Shown here in pieces: positions 10,178-21,114 of a DNA stretch of 32,967 nt (position 1 is its first letter; every line of letters begins with the position of its first letter). The DNA lies in the NCBI RefSeq assembly GCF_001194135.2, contig NC_068985.1, forward strand, positions 80,466,352-80,499,318, in the 5' to 3' direction. Source of the stretch: Octopus bimaculoides (Eukaryota). Under the pieces are notes generated by a model, which was not told the DNA's origin, ran no database searches, and saw nothing but the letters and a program-made list of their open reading frames with translations. Both the position numbers and the translations under genes were made by a program.

Positions 10178-11910
10178 AAAGGCGTCAGCAAGAGGATTTC
10201 GAGCCTTTCCTCGAGCCAAGAAGCCTTCGACGCAGCAGCCCCGTGCTATAATGAAGCCCTAGCTGCCAGCGGGTTTAGGGACCGCATCACCTACATGTCG
10301 GAACCCAACAGCCACAGAAGAAATCGCCGCAGAAATACGATTTGTGCCCCTCCCTACTCCCTTGACACAATAACACTCGTAGGTAGAGTTTTCCTTAAAT
10401 TAATAGATAAGCATTTCACTAGCTCCCATAGGTACGGTCCCATATTCAACAGGCACAACATTAGGATCTCGTTTAGCTGCTCCCCCTACATTAAGAACAT
10501 CTTGGTTAGCGCCCCTAGAACACAGGATGAGCCGGGTTGTTCATGCAGGATCCGAAACAGTTGACCAGTAAGAGGTCGCTGCGAAACCAAAAGGGTCGTA
10601 TATCAAGCCGAGGTTCTAACACGACATGGCTTTATCACGGGCAGATAGATAACGGTCGTAGACATGAGAACAGAGCCAGTAACATAGCCACCGTTACCAC
10701 CACCGCCAGCATTGATGACAACAAAGCTAATAGCAAAAGCAGCGGCATCGCCAACAGCAGCGACATCACCGCCATCACCAGCCTCACAAATAGCTTCCCC
10801 GACGTCCATGATGCCAGACCTATTAGCCACTATAGTAGTAGTAGCTCAAGCAATAGGTCCAGTTCCAGTAACACAATCACCATCGCCACCAACGCCACAA
10901 TGCATCGCTAACAACAGCAAAGGCAACGTCAACAGTAGTGACATCACCACCACCAGCAGCCTTACCAATAGTTTCCCTGATGTCCACGATGCCAGGCCTA
11001 TTGGTCACTATAGTAATAGTCGTAAAGGCAACTGATCCAGTCCCATCGCTGGCTATAACGGCAGCAGCAGCAGCAGAACCAGCAGTGGTGATAGCACTAC
11101 TGTCGCCACCACCACATCCTCCACTATCACCAGCGGCAGCAGCAGCAGCAGCAACAGCAGCAACAGCAGCAGCAAGATCAACAACAACAGCAGCAACTAC
11201 ACCACCGGCAAGCATTAGCGGCAACAGTAGCAACAGCAGGACCAACAACAGCAATAGACACAACGACAGCAGCAACTGGCGCTGTAGCAACGGTAGCAGC
11301 AACAGCAACACCAACAACAGCAGCACCTATAACAGCAACAGGCGCAACGACATCATGCGTCCACAGACGTACGTGGCATACACTGGGAACTCTCTCAAAC
11401 AGCGTATTTCCAACCATCTGTACTCTTTCAGAGTCCCGGAAAGGAGATAAAGGACATCGCTGGCCAGCCATATCTGGTAATTACGAGACGAAGAGATTCC
11501 ATACTCGATTGCGTGGAAAATACTCGAGAACCCAGGTCCCTACACCAACGGGACGAAACGGTGCAAGTTATGCATTGCCGAACGCACGAGGATCCTTAAA
11601 GACTCGCTCGTGTCAAAGGGCATCCTGAACTCCAAGACCGAAATTTTCGGACCATGCCTGCGTTTTAGGAAACTCCTGCTGGCGTTTTGGAATTCTCATG
11701 GCGGCACCACAGCCGTTAATCAATAGCCAAGGCCAAAGGGAGACAATCGTTTACCTTCGTGGTGCTTTGGTGACCGCAAGATGGCAGCGCAGCGGAAGAT
11801 CGAGGGACAATGGCAAAGGGAGATAATCACTTAGGGTTTTACCCTTAAAAATGAGGCTTTTCCCCCTCCATATTTTAAAGAGGTCTGAGGCCAGTAGTGT
11901 TTGGGGTCTG
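10178..11910 (+). mobile_element. 5'-truncated Penelope-like retroelement (RT thumb, linker, split GIY-YIG, 3' pLTR)
   Basis: GVSKRISSLSSSQEAFDAAAPCYNEALAASGF (10181-), RRRNTICAPPYS..GRVFLKLIDKHF..IFNRHNIRISFSCS, CSCRIRNS*PVRGRCETKRVVYQAEV (to about 10617), low-complexity insert, then TYVAYTGNSLKQRISNH...KRCKLCIAE...ILNSKTEIFGPCLRFRKLLL (about 11367-11685). Several stops. Confidence 0.92.
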
Positions 11911-12484
11911 NNNNNNNNNNNNNNNNNNNNNNNNNNNNNNNNNNNNNNNNNNNNNNNNNNNNNNNNNNNNNNNNNNNNNNNNNNNNNNNNNNNNNNNNNN
12001 NNNNNNNNNNNNNNNNNNNNNNNNNNNNNNNNNNNNNNNNNNNNNNNNNNNNNNNNNNNNNNNNNNNNNNNNNNNNNNNNNNNNNNNNNNNNNNNNNNNN
12101 NNNNNNNNNNNNNNNNNNNNNNNNNNNNNNNNNNNNNNNNNNNNNNNNNNNNNNNNNNNNNNNNNNNNNNNNNNNNNNNNNNNNNNNNNNNNNNNNNNNN
12201 NNNNNNNNNNNNNNNNNNNNNNNNNNNNNNNNNNNNNNNNNNNNNNNNNNNNNNNNNNNNNNNNNNNNNNNNNNNNNNNNNNNNNNNNNNNNNNNNNNNN
12301 NNNNNNNNNNNNNNNNNNNNNNNNNNNNNNNNNNNNNNNNNNNNNNNNNNNNNNNNNNNNNNNNNNNNNNNNNNNNNNNNNNNNNNNNNNNNNNNNNNNN
12401 NNNNNNNNNNNNNNNNNNNNNNNNNNNNNNNNNNNNNNNNNNNNNNNNNNNNNNNNNNNNNNNNNNNNNNNNNNNNNNNNNNNN

Positions 12485-12492
12485 NGAGAGAG

Positions 12493-12533
<41 letters not shown>

Positions 12534-12553
12534 GAGAGAGGGAGAGAGAGAGT
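12485..12553. repeat. (GA)n microsatellite
   Basis: GA run at a gap edge. Confidence 0.97.
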
Positions 12554-12752
12554 ATGAGAGTTTAGTTCACTGGTGATCTAAACGAATAGGTATGCTGTGT
12601 AAGTGCGATAATTGGTCATCCGTTAAGTTCCGAGTTCACAGGTGAACCCAGAGCTAAGGATCCGTAGTAGGCTTCCGAGTTAGCATGTATATATTAGAGA
12701 GAAAAGGACAGAAAAACCCTAGGCAAGATGAGTATCTGAAGTCATTAAGAAT

Positions 12753-13189
12753 ATTTAATTTGAGTAAGGTGAATTTGAAGTAATTAATTAGTTACTTTAT
12801 TAGTTATTGGATGTCTTACAGCTTTTTCTGGGATATCGCAAGTTATGGGTTAGCGTCTCCATACACTGGGTGTTCCATCAAGGTGAATTTGTATGAAAGT
12901 TCTAGACAGGGAATTCACAGTTTATAAAAGAATAAAATAGTAGATAGAAGAATAAAGAGTAAAACAGTATTATTCTTCTGTCTACAATTTTATTCCTCTA
13001 TAAACTGTAAATTTCATGTCTAAAACTTTCATACATACTCACCTTGTCTCTGATGATGGAAAAGCCACAGTATTGAGATGCTAGTCTATCACTTGGGATA
13101 TCCCAGAAACAGCTGTTAGACATCCAATAATTAATTAATCAATTAACTAATTGATTAATTATTTCAAATTCACCTTACTCTAATTAAAT
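12753..13189. repeat. Long imperfect palindrome of two divergent hammerhead-bearing (pLTR-like) arms
   Basis: Arms 12753-12955 and 12970-13189 align as reverse complements along their full length, with a 14-nt spacer. The right arm runs into a gap. Confidence 0.9.
13045..13122 (+). ncRNA. Minimal type I hammerhead ribozyme motif (GUU triplet in this copy)
   Basis: Stem I UGUCU/AGACA, core CUGAUGA (13050-13056), stem II UGG...CCA with a long insert, GAAA (13106-13109), palindromic stem III AC-AGCU-GU, N17=U. Confidence 0.72.
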
Positions 13190-13977
13190 NNNNNNNNNNN
13201 NNNNNNNNNNNNNNNNNNNNNNNNNNNNNNNNNNNNNNNNNNNNNNNNNNNNNNNNNNNNNNNNNNNNNNNNNNNNNNNNNNNNNNNNNNNNNNNNNNNN
13301 NNNNNNNNNNNNNNNNNNNNNNNNNNNNNNNNNNNNNNNNNNNNNNNNNNNNNNNNNNNNNNNNNNNNNNNNNNNNNNNNNNNNNNNNNNNNNNNNNNNN
13401 NNNNNNNNNNNNNNNNNNNNNNNNNNNNNNNNNNNNNNNNNNNNNNNNNNNNNNNNNNNNNNNNNNNNNNNNNNNNNNNNNNNNNNNNNNNNNNNNNNNN
13501 NNNNNNNNNNNNNNNNNNNNNNNNNNNNNNNNNNNNNNNNNNNNNNNNNNNNNNNNNNNNNNNNNNNNNNNNNNNNNNNNNNNNNNNNNNNNNNNNNNNN
13601 NNNNNNNNNNNNNNNNNNNNNNNNNNNNNNNNNNNNNNNNNNNNNNNNNNNNNNNNNNNNNNNNNNNNNNNNNNNNNNNNNNNNNNNNNNNNNNNNNNNN
13701 NNNNNNNNNNNNNNNNNNNNNNNNNNNNNNNNNNNNNNNNNNNNNNNNNNNNNNNNNNNNNNNNNNNNNNNNNNNNNNNNNNNNNNNNNNNNNNNNNNNN
13801 NNNNNNNNNNNNNNNNNNNNNNNNNNNNNNNNNNNNNNNNNNNNNNNNNNNNNNNNNNNNNNNNNNNNNNNNNNNNNNNNNNNNNNNNNNNNNNNNNNNN
13901 NNNNNNNNNNNNNNNNNNNNNNNNNNNNNNNNNNNNNNNNNNNNNNNNNNNNNNNNNNNNNNNNNNNNNNNNNNNNN

Positions 13978-14100
13978 CTGAGCACTCCAGATTCGTGTAC
14001 CCTTAACGTAGTTCTCGGGGAGATTCAGCGTGACAGAGTGCGACAAGGCTGGCCCTTTGAAATACAGGTACAACAGAAACAGGAAGAAAGAGTGAGAGAA
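13978..14100 (-). mobile_element. SINE fragment related to the family B tail
   Basis: CTGAGCACTCC...TACCCTTAACGTAGTTCTC...GGCTGGCCCTTTGAAATACAGGTACAAC matches 19650-19740. Confidence 0.8.
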
Positions 14101-15199
14101 AGCTAACCCTTTTTTCTTCTTTTCCCTCTTTTTCTATTCTCGTTAATGTATCTTATAGGCAAATTTTAGTACTATCGGCTATTGTTGAATTTTTCTTTCA
14201 CTTTCTTGAAACTTCGAATGTAAGTTTATCAAAAAGAAGATTATCAAGTTATGAACTTTTCCAACCCCACCCCACCGGCTTGTATACAGAGTGGTGCTGG
14301 TGGGGGAGAAGATAACTCATGTCAACACCTGAACTCACTACACAATAATGTAAATATGTTGCAAAGAACGAAGGCATGGAAATTCGTCCTAACAATGCTT
14401 TATTCTGTAGTGATCCTCTCATAATCGACAAATGTAACGTGTCCGTTTGTGTGTATTTTTGGCGGGATTTTTGTATTTAGTTGGTTTGTTTTATCTGTCG
14501 ATCAATGGCCGGACAAGTGTAAAGGGAAGGCGATCTTTTGAAGTGGCCGACGATGATGTTCGTGCGTATGTCTGTGTGTGTGTGAGTGTGTATGTTTGAA
14601 ACAGCCTAAGTTATGATGTTTTGTCTCAATGAAATATCTTAAAGAGATTTGTATGTTAAAAACACAATTCGATTAAATATTTTTGGAAAATATTTTGTTT
14701 AGCGATTTCTATAACAAACATATTCTGTTTAGCTCAGAACATCCGTGGTATTTATCACTGAAGAGACCACGAAACACCGTGTCTAGCAATCAGTCTGCGA
14801 AGCACTTTGTTTTAAGCAAATCCCTTTGTTTTTGACATCCAAGTCTCTTTCATATGTTTTTTCTGAGATAAATTATTAGTTAGCACTGGTTCATGTTTGT
14901 ATATACATCGTATCTATTATACACACCGGTATTTTAGATAAAAGATAACTAAACCTACTGCTTTACACACGCGTGATCTTGTGACGATGTAACAAATATT
15001 AATTAAAAACAACCAGTTTTCGTTTTCGTGTAAATAAGAGATGGGTTTGGTTAGCAAAGTTTAAAACTAACTATTGTAAATAACACTTGCTGGTTGTTCA
15101 AACTAAACATGAATTCGTCCCCGCACAAAAGAAAAAAGAAAAACGAATACGTAGAGAGTACAAGAGAGGGAAAATGATAAAAGGAAAATTTAAATAAGT

Positions 15200-15320
15200 A
15201 CGCATACATACACACATACATACATACATACATACATACAAACGTACGTACGTACGTGTGTATGTATGTATGTATGTATGTATGTATGGATGGATGGATG
15301 GATGTGTGTGTGTATGTATG

Positions 15321-15363
<43 letters not shown>

Positions 15364-15500
15364 ATTCATTCATACATACATACATAATACACATACAGAT
15401 ATACTTTATTTGTGGGTTAACAAGGCTACCAATATACATACATACATACGTACGTACGTACGTACGTATGTATGTGTATATGTATGTATGTATATGTATG
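15200..15500. repeat. Compound microsatellite (TACA, CGTA, TATG, TGGA, TG, TA)
   Basis: Adjacent short tandem tracts, partly self-complementary. Confidence 0.95.
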
Positions 15501-15567
15501 AGTATATCGCATCGCGCTCATTGTGTCTGCATGTGAGCGTTATTACGCAGTATCAGACAGTACCAAA

Positions 15568-16190
15568 CAAAAGCTTTGAAAAGATTTTCATACGACCCAG
15601 TTTTATGTGCAGTGGTAGGAAAAAATCTTTCCAGTAGTCCACTGTTGCGTTTTGACGTTGTCCTTCCTCTCAGAGAACTCGGTCCATTTCGGCTAGAGCC
15701 GCTGGAGGTATTACATCACGTTGTCCCCGATGTACCAAAGACAAAAATGGTAAAGAGATTTAGTAAGACCGCTTCGGAGAGCCATTCAGAATGTCCCCAT
15801 TTCGAAGACTCCGTTAACTTTATGGTTGCATTATGGCTCAGATAACCTTATGATATAATTTATCATACTTCAAGGCAAGGCTTTGATGCAGATGTCTTCA
15901 ATTAGGTGCACTGAGTGAGCCAGGTAAAAACGGATAGTTCTCCCCACCACCCATGACCTTGAGGCTCCCGGATAAACTGGTAATGGAGAGGCGCCACTCG
16001 TCTGAGTTAAGGACGATTCCGATTGCCCCGAATAAACTGGTCATATTTTGGCAGAATCAGAGCCATCTCGCCGGTGAAGAACTTTAAAAGAACCTTTGTG
16101 ATGCTTATTTTGATCTGTGACAAGCACACCTTCATCTAATCATCCCATTGACTGCATCTTTGATAAGCAGAGATAGACCCATCCTTTTAG
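15568..16190 (-). pseudogene. DDE transposase remnant, probably Chapaev (Chapaev3-like, CMC group)
   Basis: Across frameshifts: SLFGAIGIVLNSDEWRLSITSLSGSLKV..NYPFLP, AHSVHLIED, LKYD, GVFEMGTF*MALRSGLTKSLYHFCLW, FLPLHIKLGRMKIFSKL. These match EWRLFIDSS, GDFKM..LQ.G.TK..CFLC and LPPLHIKLGLMK motifs. Superfamily label is from memory and needs an HMM check. Confidence 0.75.
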
Positions 16191-17065
16191 GCAGTTAAAA
16201 CTAAACTAAACTAATGAGCTTAAGGCCTCTGTATTTATATTTTTATATTGCAGGCACAACATCTACTTTCCTGACACTGATGGTTCGGAATCTCTCATAA
16301 TCCTCACTAAAATACGAGCAAGAACTTCAAATTCATGTAGACGCCAAACTAGCTTACCGGTACCTTATACAGACTAGTACCTTGTACAGTACAGTATTAA
16401 TAAACTTGTATCATTTATACTAATGTACAGGTACCTTTGTTTCATCTGATTTTATGAGTACATTCAATATTTACTTGCTGAACCCGTGAATAGTTCACGG
16501 AATCAATAGTAAACTTATTAGGTTATTTCTGAAAACTGTAACAAAAAAACCTGCTAATTATTGAAAAGTGAAGGAAATTGGAATACAATGATTACTTAAT
16601 GCATGTTATATATACACTGTATATACTTTGTGCACAATTTTACAGACTTAATACACAGCGGTCTCCCTCTTTCACTCTCACTCTTCGCCTTACCCTCTTT
16701 TCTATCTTCCTTTTCTTTCGCTCTTCGCCTTTTCCTTCAACTAATTACGTGAAAGCGTTACAGACGGGTTAAGTAACGGAGGCAAAAAGCTTAGTTCAAC
16801 CAAGTATATTACGCATTTCATTCACCACCATCTCTCCCTTCCCACCTTCCTACCTCCACCTCCCTTCCCTTCCCACCTTCCCCTCCCCTATCCCACATTT
16901 CCCCTCCCTCCCCTTCAACTAATCATGTGGAATCGTTATGGACGGCTAAGTAACAAGCAGAATTATTATGAGATTTAATTTAGAGCGTGTCGACTAAAGT
17001 GACCACTCCTACTCGGAAAAATTAGTAATCCAGAGATTTCGGAAAATTGATGTTGTACTTAAATC

Positions 17066-17470
17066 AGAAATTTCTAGAAAATTCTCGAAAGTTTTTGAAA
17101 ATTCTCGTAAATTCTAGAAAATTCTCAAAGGTTCTAGGGAATTGTCGAATATTCAAGAGAATTCTCGAAAGTTCATGAAAATTCTGGTAAGTTTATGAAA
17201 GTTCTCGAAAGTTCTAGAAAATTCCTGAAAGTTCATGAAAATTCTCGAAAGTTCTGGAAAATTCTCGTAAATTCTAGAAAATTCTCAAAGGTTCTAGAGA
17301 ATTGTCGAATATTCAAGAGGATTCTCGAAAGTTCATGAAAATTCTGGTAAGTTTATGAAAGTTCTAGAAAATTCCTGAAAGTTCATGAAAATTCTCGAAA
17401 GTTCTGGAAAATTCTGGAAAGTTCCTAAAAGTTCTGTAAAATTCTTGAAATTTCTGCACAGTTCAAGAAA
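17066..17470. repeat. 10-bp-unit minisatellite with a 160/150-bp higher-order repeat, forming contiguous inverted nGAAn pentamers (HSE-like)
   Basis: Units (A/G)TTCNNGAAA with no indels. Higher-order units 17101-17260 and 17261-17410; the second lacks one GTTCTCGAAA unit. Confidence 0.97.
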
Positions 17471-17814
17471 ATTTTTCTATCAGATTACTGAACACTGATT
17501 CTGTCTGGAGGTTTCTGGAAAACAGGAACACTTCAAAGTATCATTAACAAACTCACAAAAACAATGTTGGAAGAAAATAATACACATTTTAGGAATACAA
17601 GAAAATAAAATTAAAAAAAAACAAAACTGCATCACTCAGGTAAGTCTATAATCAAATGTGGTCCAGCAGTGACTATCTCGTCTTTTTAGCATATCTAGAG
17701 CAAATAATTTCAACATTTGTGCTGCGGGTTTTTGGGTCGTGCCATAAATTGTCAGGTTATTGAGGAAAGTTCAGTGTTTTTAATGTATCCGAAACGCGCT
17801 GTTCTACTTGTTTC

Positions 17815-18206
17815 GTAACTTGATTGCGGCTATGTTGACGTACTGGCTTGGAGGGGGTTTAACAGACCAGATCGACCAAATACTTACTTTAAACCTTATT
17901 CTATCAATCACTTTTTGCTGAACCGCTAAGTTACAAGAGTGAAAACAAACCAACAAAGACGCACACGAACTCATATGTACCCATATCCATCCATCCATCC
18001 GTACGTACGTACATACATACAACATACATACACACACGCATACATACACCAACAATGACGAGCGTCCGTACAGTTTCTATCAAACGAATTCACTCAAAAG
18101 GCATCGGTTGATCACGGGCTACAGTAGAAGACAGTTTTCCAAGGTGCCATGCACTGGGACTGAACTCAAAACCGCGTTGTTGCGAAATGAGTTCCTAAAT
18201 CACACA
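17815..18206 (-). mobile_element. SINE family A, old diverged copy
   Basis: Tail, TGAACCGCTAAGTTAC, central CATC/CGTA/CATA tract and head (CAAGGTGCCATGCACTGGGACTGAACTC) in family order. Confidence 0.8.
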
Positions 18207-18282
18207 ATTAAATATTTCTTCACAATCGAGTGGAATCCGTGAACAACTCTGTATTAAACAATTCAATTATACGTATTTTATA

Positions 18283-18690
18283 TCTTTTGTCTTTCGCTTA
18301 TTTCTGTCACTGGGATGCGGTCATGCTGGGGCACCGCCTTGAAGGGTTTAGTCGGACAAATCGACACTCGATGCCTATTTTAAAAGAAAAATATCTAGTA
18401 CTTATTCTATCGGCCGCTGAGTTACGGGGATGTAAACAAACCAGTAGCGGTTGTCAAGCAATGGTGAGTGACAAATACAAACATAAAGACTCACACACAT
18501 ATATTTATACATACATACATATGTGTGTGTATACGACAGGCTTCCATACAGTTTCCGTCTACCAAATTCACCCATAAGACATCGGTCAGATCGGTGGTTA
18601 AAGTAGACGACATCTTCCCGAAGTGCCGTGTAGCTGGACTGAACCCGAAACCACGTGACTTCAAAAGGAACTTCTTAAACCACTCAGCCA
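18283..18690 (-). mobile_element. SINE family A, diverged full-length copy
   Basis: CATGCTGGGGCACCGCC...CGGTTGTCAAGC...short TA/CA tract...ACGACAGGCTTCC...GGACTGAACCCG...CACTCAGCC. Confidence 0.88.
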
Positions 18691-19566
18691 ATGGTGTGTT
18701 GCAGCATTTTTATATTTTCAGTGCCTTATTCGGTGAGTCGCGTATCGAAATGGATCGAAAATCCTGGCATCGACGCTCCTTCGTTTGTTGTTGGAATATA
18801 GCAACGTGAGTTAGAAGTTTTCTGTGATGACTCTGACAAACTTCGTAAAGAATTTCTGACTTATATAACGATAGACGCCAACAATGACTGTTCTGCAGAA
18901 CATGTGTACAGGTACCTGTCTGTCTCTCTCTTTCTATCTCTCTCCTCCCTCTTTGTCTGTTACTATCTGCTTGTTCCTCTCTCGTTACTGCTCTCTCTCT
19001 CTCTCTTTGTCTTTTTTACTCTCTTGCTCCTCAACTCCGAATTGTAAGAATTGTGAGTTGTTTTGTTTCACATACATACGCACACATACACACATACATA
19101 TATACATGCATAAACACACGTACGCAGCACACCACCACACATACTTGCAAATACATATACATACACACTGCTTCTTCACTATCATAACAAACCACGCACG
19201 CACATTATGCATACACACACACGGTCGCACACGCACATTTATAGCTACAAGTTACATGACGTAAAAACATCTGTGCTGTCAGCAAAGACAACTCAATTGA
19301 CATGCATCCGTTGCTAAATACCTCTATTATAGCATATAGCATATCCACTTTATGAATATACCATTCTTTAATGAATCCGTCATTCTAACTAACATATGAA
19401 ACATACTGAATGAAAATGCAATTTTGTTTTCACACACATCTAATATGTTGTACAAATCATGTATTAAAAATTAGTAAGCGGCTTAAAATACTTTCCTTAT
19501 TACTTAAGTATTTCAATGAAAAGTAGCATTTATTTGTATGATTTATTTGTCATATATAACTGGTTG

Positions 19567-19823
19567 GGCAGTCTGTCGGTTACGACGACGAGTGTTTCAG
19601 TGAGTTCGATCCACGGAACAGCCTACTAGTGAAATTAACGTGTAAGTGGCTGAGCTCTCCACAGACACGCATACCCTTAACGTAGTTCTCAGGGCGACTC
19701 ACCGTGACTAGGCTGGTCCTTTGAACTACACGTACAACTCATTTTTGCCAGCTGAATGGATTGGAGCAACGTTAAATAAAGTCTTGCTCAAGGTCCTTGA
19801 GTCAAGGATATAACACACCGCCG
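19567..19823 (-). mobile_element. CORE-type SINE (family B related), head missing
   Basis: CTCATTTTTGCCAGCTGAATGGATTGGAGCAACG...GTCTTGCTCAAGG is the reverse complement of the CORE-like segment at 4686-4747. Confidence 0.82.
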
Positions 19824-19865
19824 TCATGTGTATGCATGTGTGTGTGTAAATAGATTTTATGCAAT

Positions 19866-20093
19866 TCTTTTACTTGTTTCAGTCATTTGATTGCAGCCAT
19901 GCTGGAGCACCGCTTTTAGTCGAGCAAATCGACCCCATGACTTATTCTTTGTAAGCCTAGTACTTATCTATCGGTCTTTGTTGCCGAACCGCTAAGTTGC
20001 GGAGACGTAAACACCAACATCGGTNNNNNNNNNNNNNNNNNNNNNNNNNNNNNNNNNNNNNNNNNNNNNNNNNNNNNNNNNNNNNNNNNNNNN

Positions 20094-20130
<37 letters not shown>
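19866..20130 (-). mobile_element. SINE family A, tail half (split by a solo LTR)
   Basis: Near-identical to 4985-5140, then gap 20025-20093 and (CA)n ending in CATA. Confidence 0.9.
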
Positions 20131-20131
<1 letters not shown>

Positions 20132-21114
20132 GTAGTGAAACTACCTATCGCCATTATATACAAATCATCTTCTCCACTGTTATAAATATATTCAAGTTCG
20201 GGCGTAGTAGAGAGCAGCCTACTGTATCCATCACGTGACTGATTATTATTTGAAGCGGCAACTGCTTCGTACCGTTCCCGCCAGAACGCAAACTGACCAA
20301 TCACAGCCCTTAATAAGGTCACGTGATAGTGTTTTTCTAATGCCTCTCTGGAGCCCCTATTTTGCTTTAAATAGACGAAATTATACCCGGCAAATTCGTC
20401 GCGGTTCAGATCTCTTAGAGACCTGTTCCATGTACCACACAAAGCAGCAGCAGTTCCAGCGCCAACATCAATAGCTTCGTACAACACTACGACTACCAGC
20501 GTCAACATGACTTCTACGTACACAAGCTAACCAAACTACCGCGGCATTTCTCTCTTCGATTCTGTTTGTGTGATTCATCTTCGCCACGAAATAACAGCCA
20601 AGAGCCCAGCCTGCGAAGAACGTCTGTACTCAGGAACCCGGCTTGGCATGGAAGCCCTAACATCACAACGAGTGATCGCGCTGTCCCACACGCCTCAACT
20701 TCTTACATACAGACTCTTACTATTGTGTACTCTAAGAACTGGCAAATTCTTATATGTGTTACTGACTCTTTTTCTATCTGCTGTATCACACGCATACACA
20801 TGCATGTATCACTTACACACTCTTTTCTTTACACGACGGCCTGTCTTTTATTATGTTTTATTATGTCGCACTCACACTCACACACAGACATACATTTTAA
20901 TGCAACAATAAATATTACTGTAATTCATCTTTATCGGTTGTGTTCTATCGTCTGCATTACTGGCATTTACGAATTCACTATGTTATCGAAGTATAACATA
21001 TTTATATCATCTGATATAATTTTGTGTTCGACCGTGCGACGCGTTATAATAAAGGAGCCCTGTTTTTCCATTCGTCACCATTTCTCCTTTTGGGTTCGCA
21101 CGGTCGTTCTTACA
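20131..21114 (+). mobile_element. Probable solo LTR (984 bp) with a 4-bp TSD
   Basis: TGTAG...TTACA termini, CATA on both sides (20127-20130, 21115-21118). Removing it rejoins two halves of one SINE. Contains two E-boxes, a CCAAT box and AATAAA at 20907 and 21048. Orientation is inferred from motif order. Confidence 0.72.
20231..20374 (+). promoter_or_regulatory. Promoter-like motif cluster in the putative LTR U3
   Basis: TCACGTGAC (20231-20239), GACCAATCA (20295-20303), GTCACGTGA (20318-20326), TTTAAATAG (about 20366-20374). Confidence 0.45.

Noticed and set aside
11880-11910. Hammerhead stub (GAGGT-CTGAGG-CC...) at the PLE 3' end
   Set aside because: The core is incomplete and the sequence enters a gap; cannot be supported.
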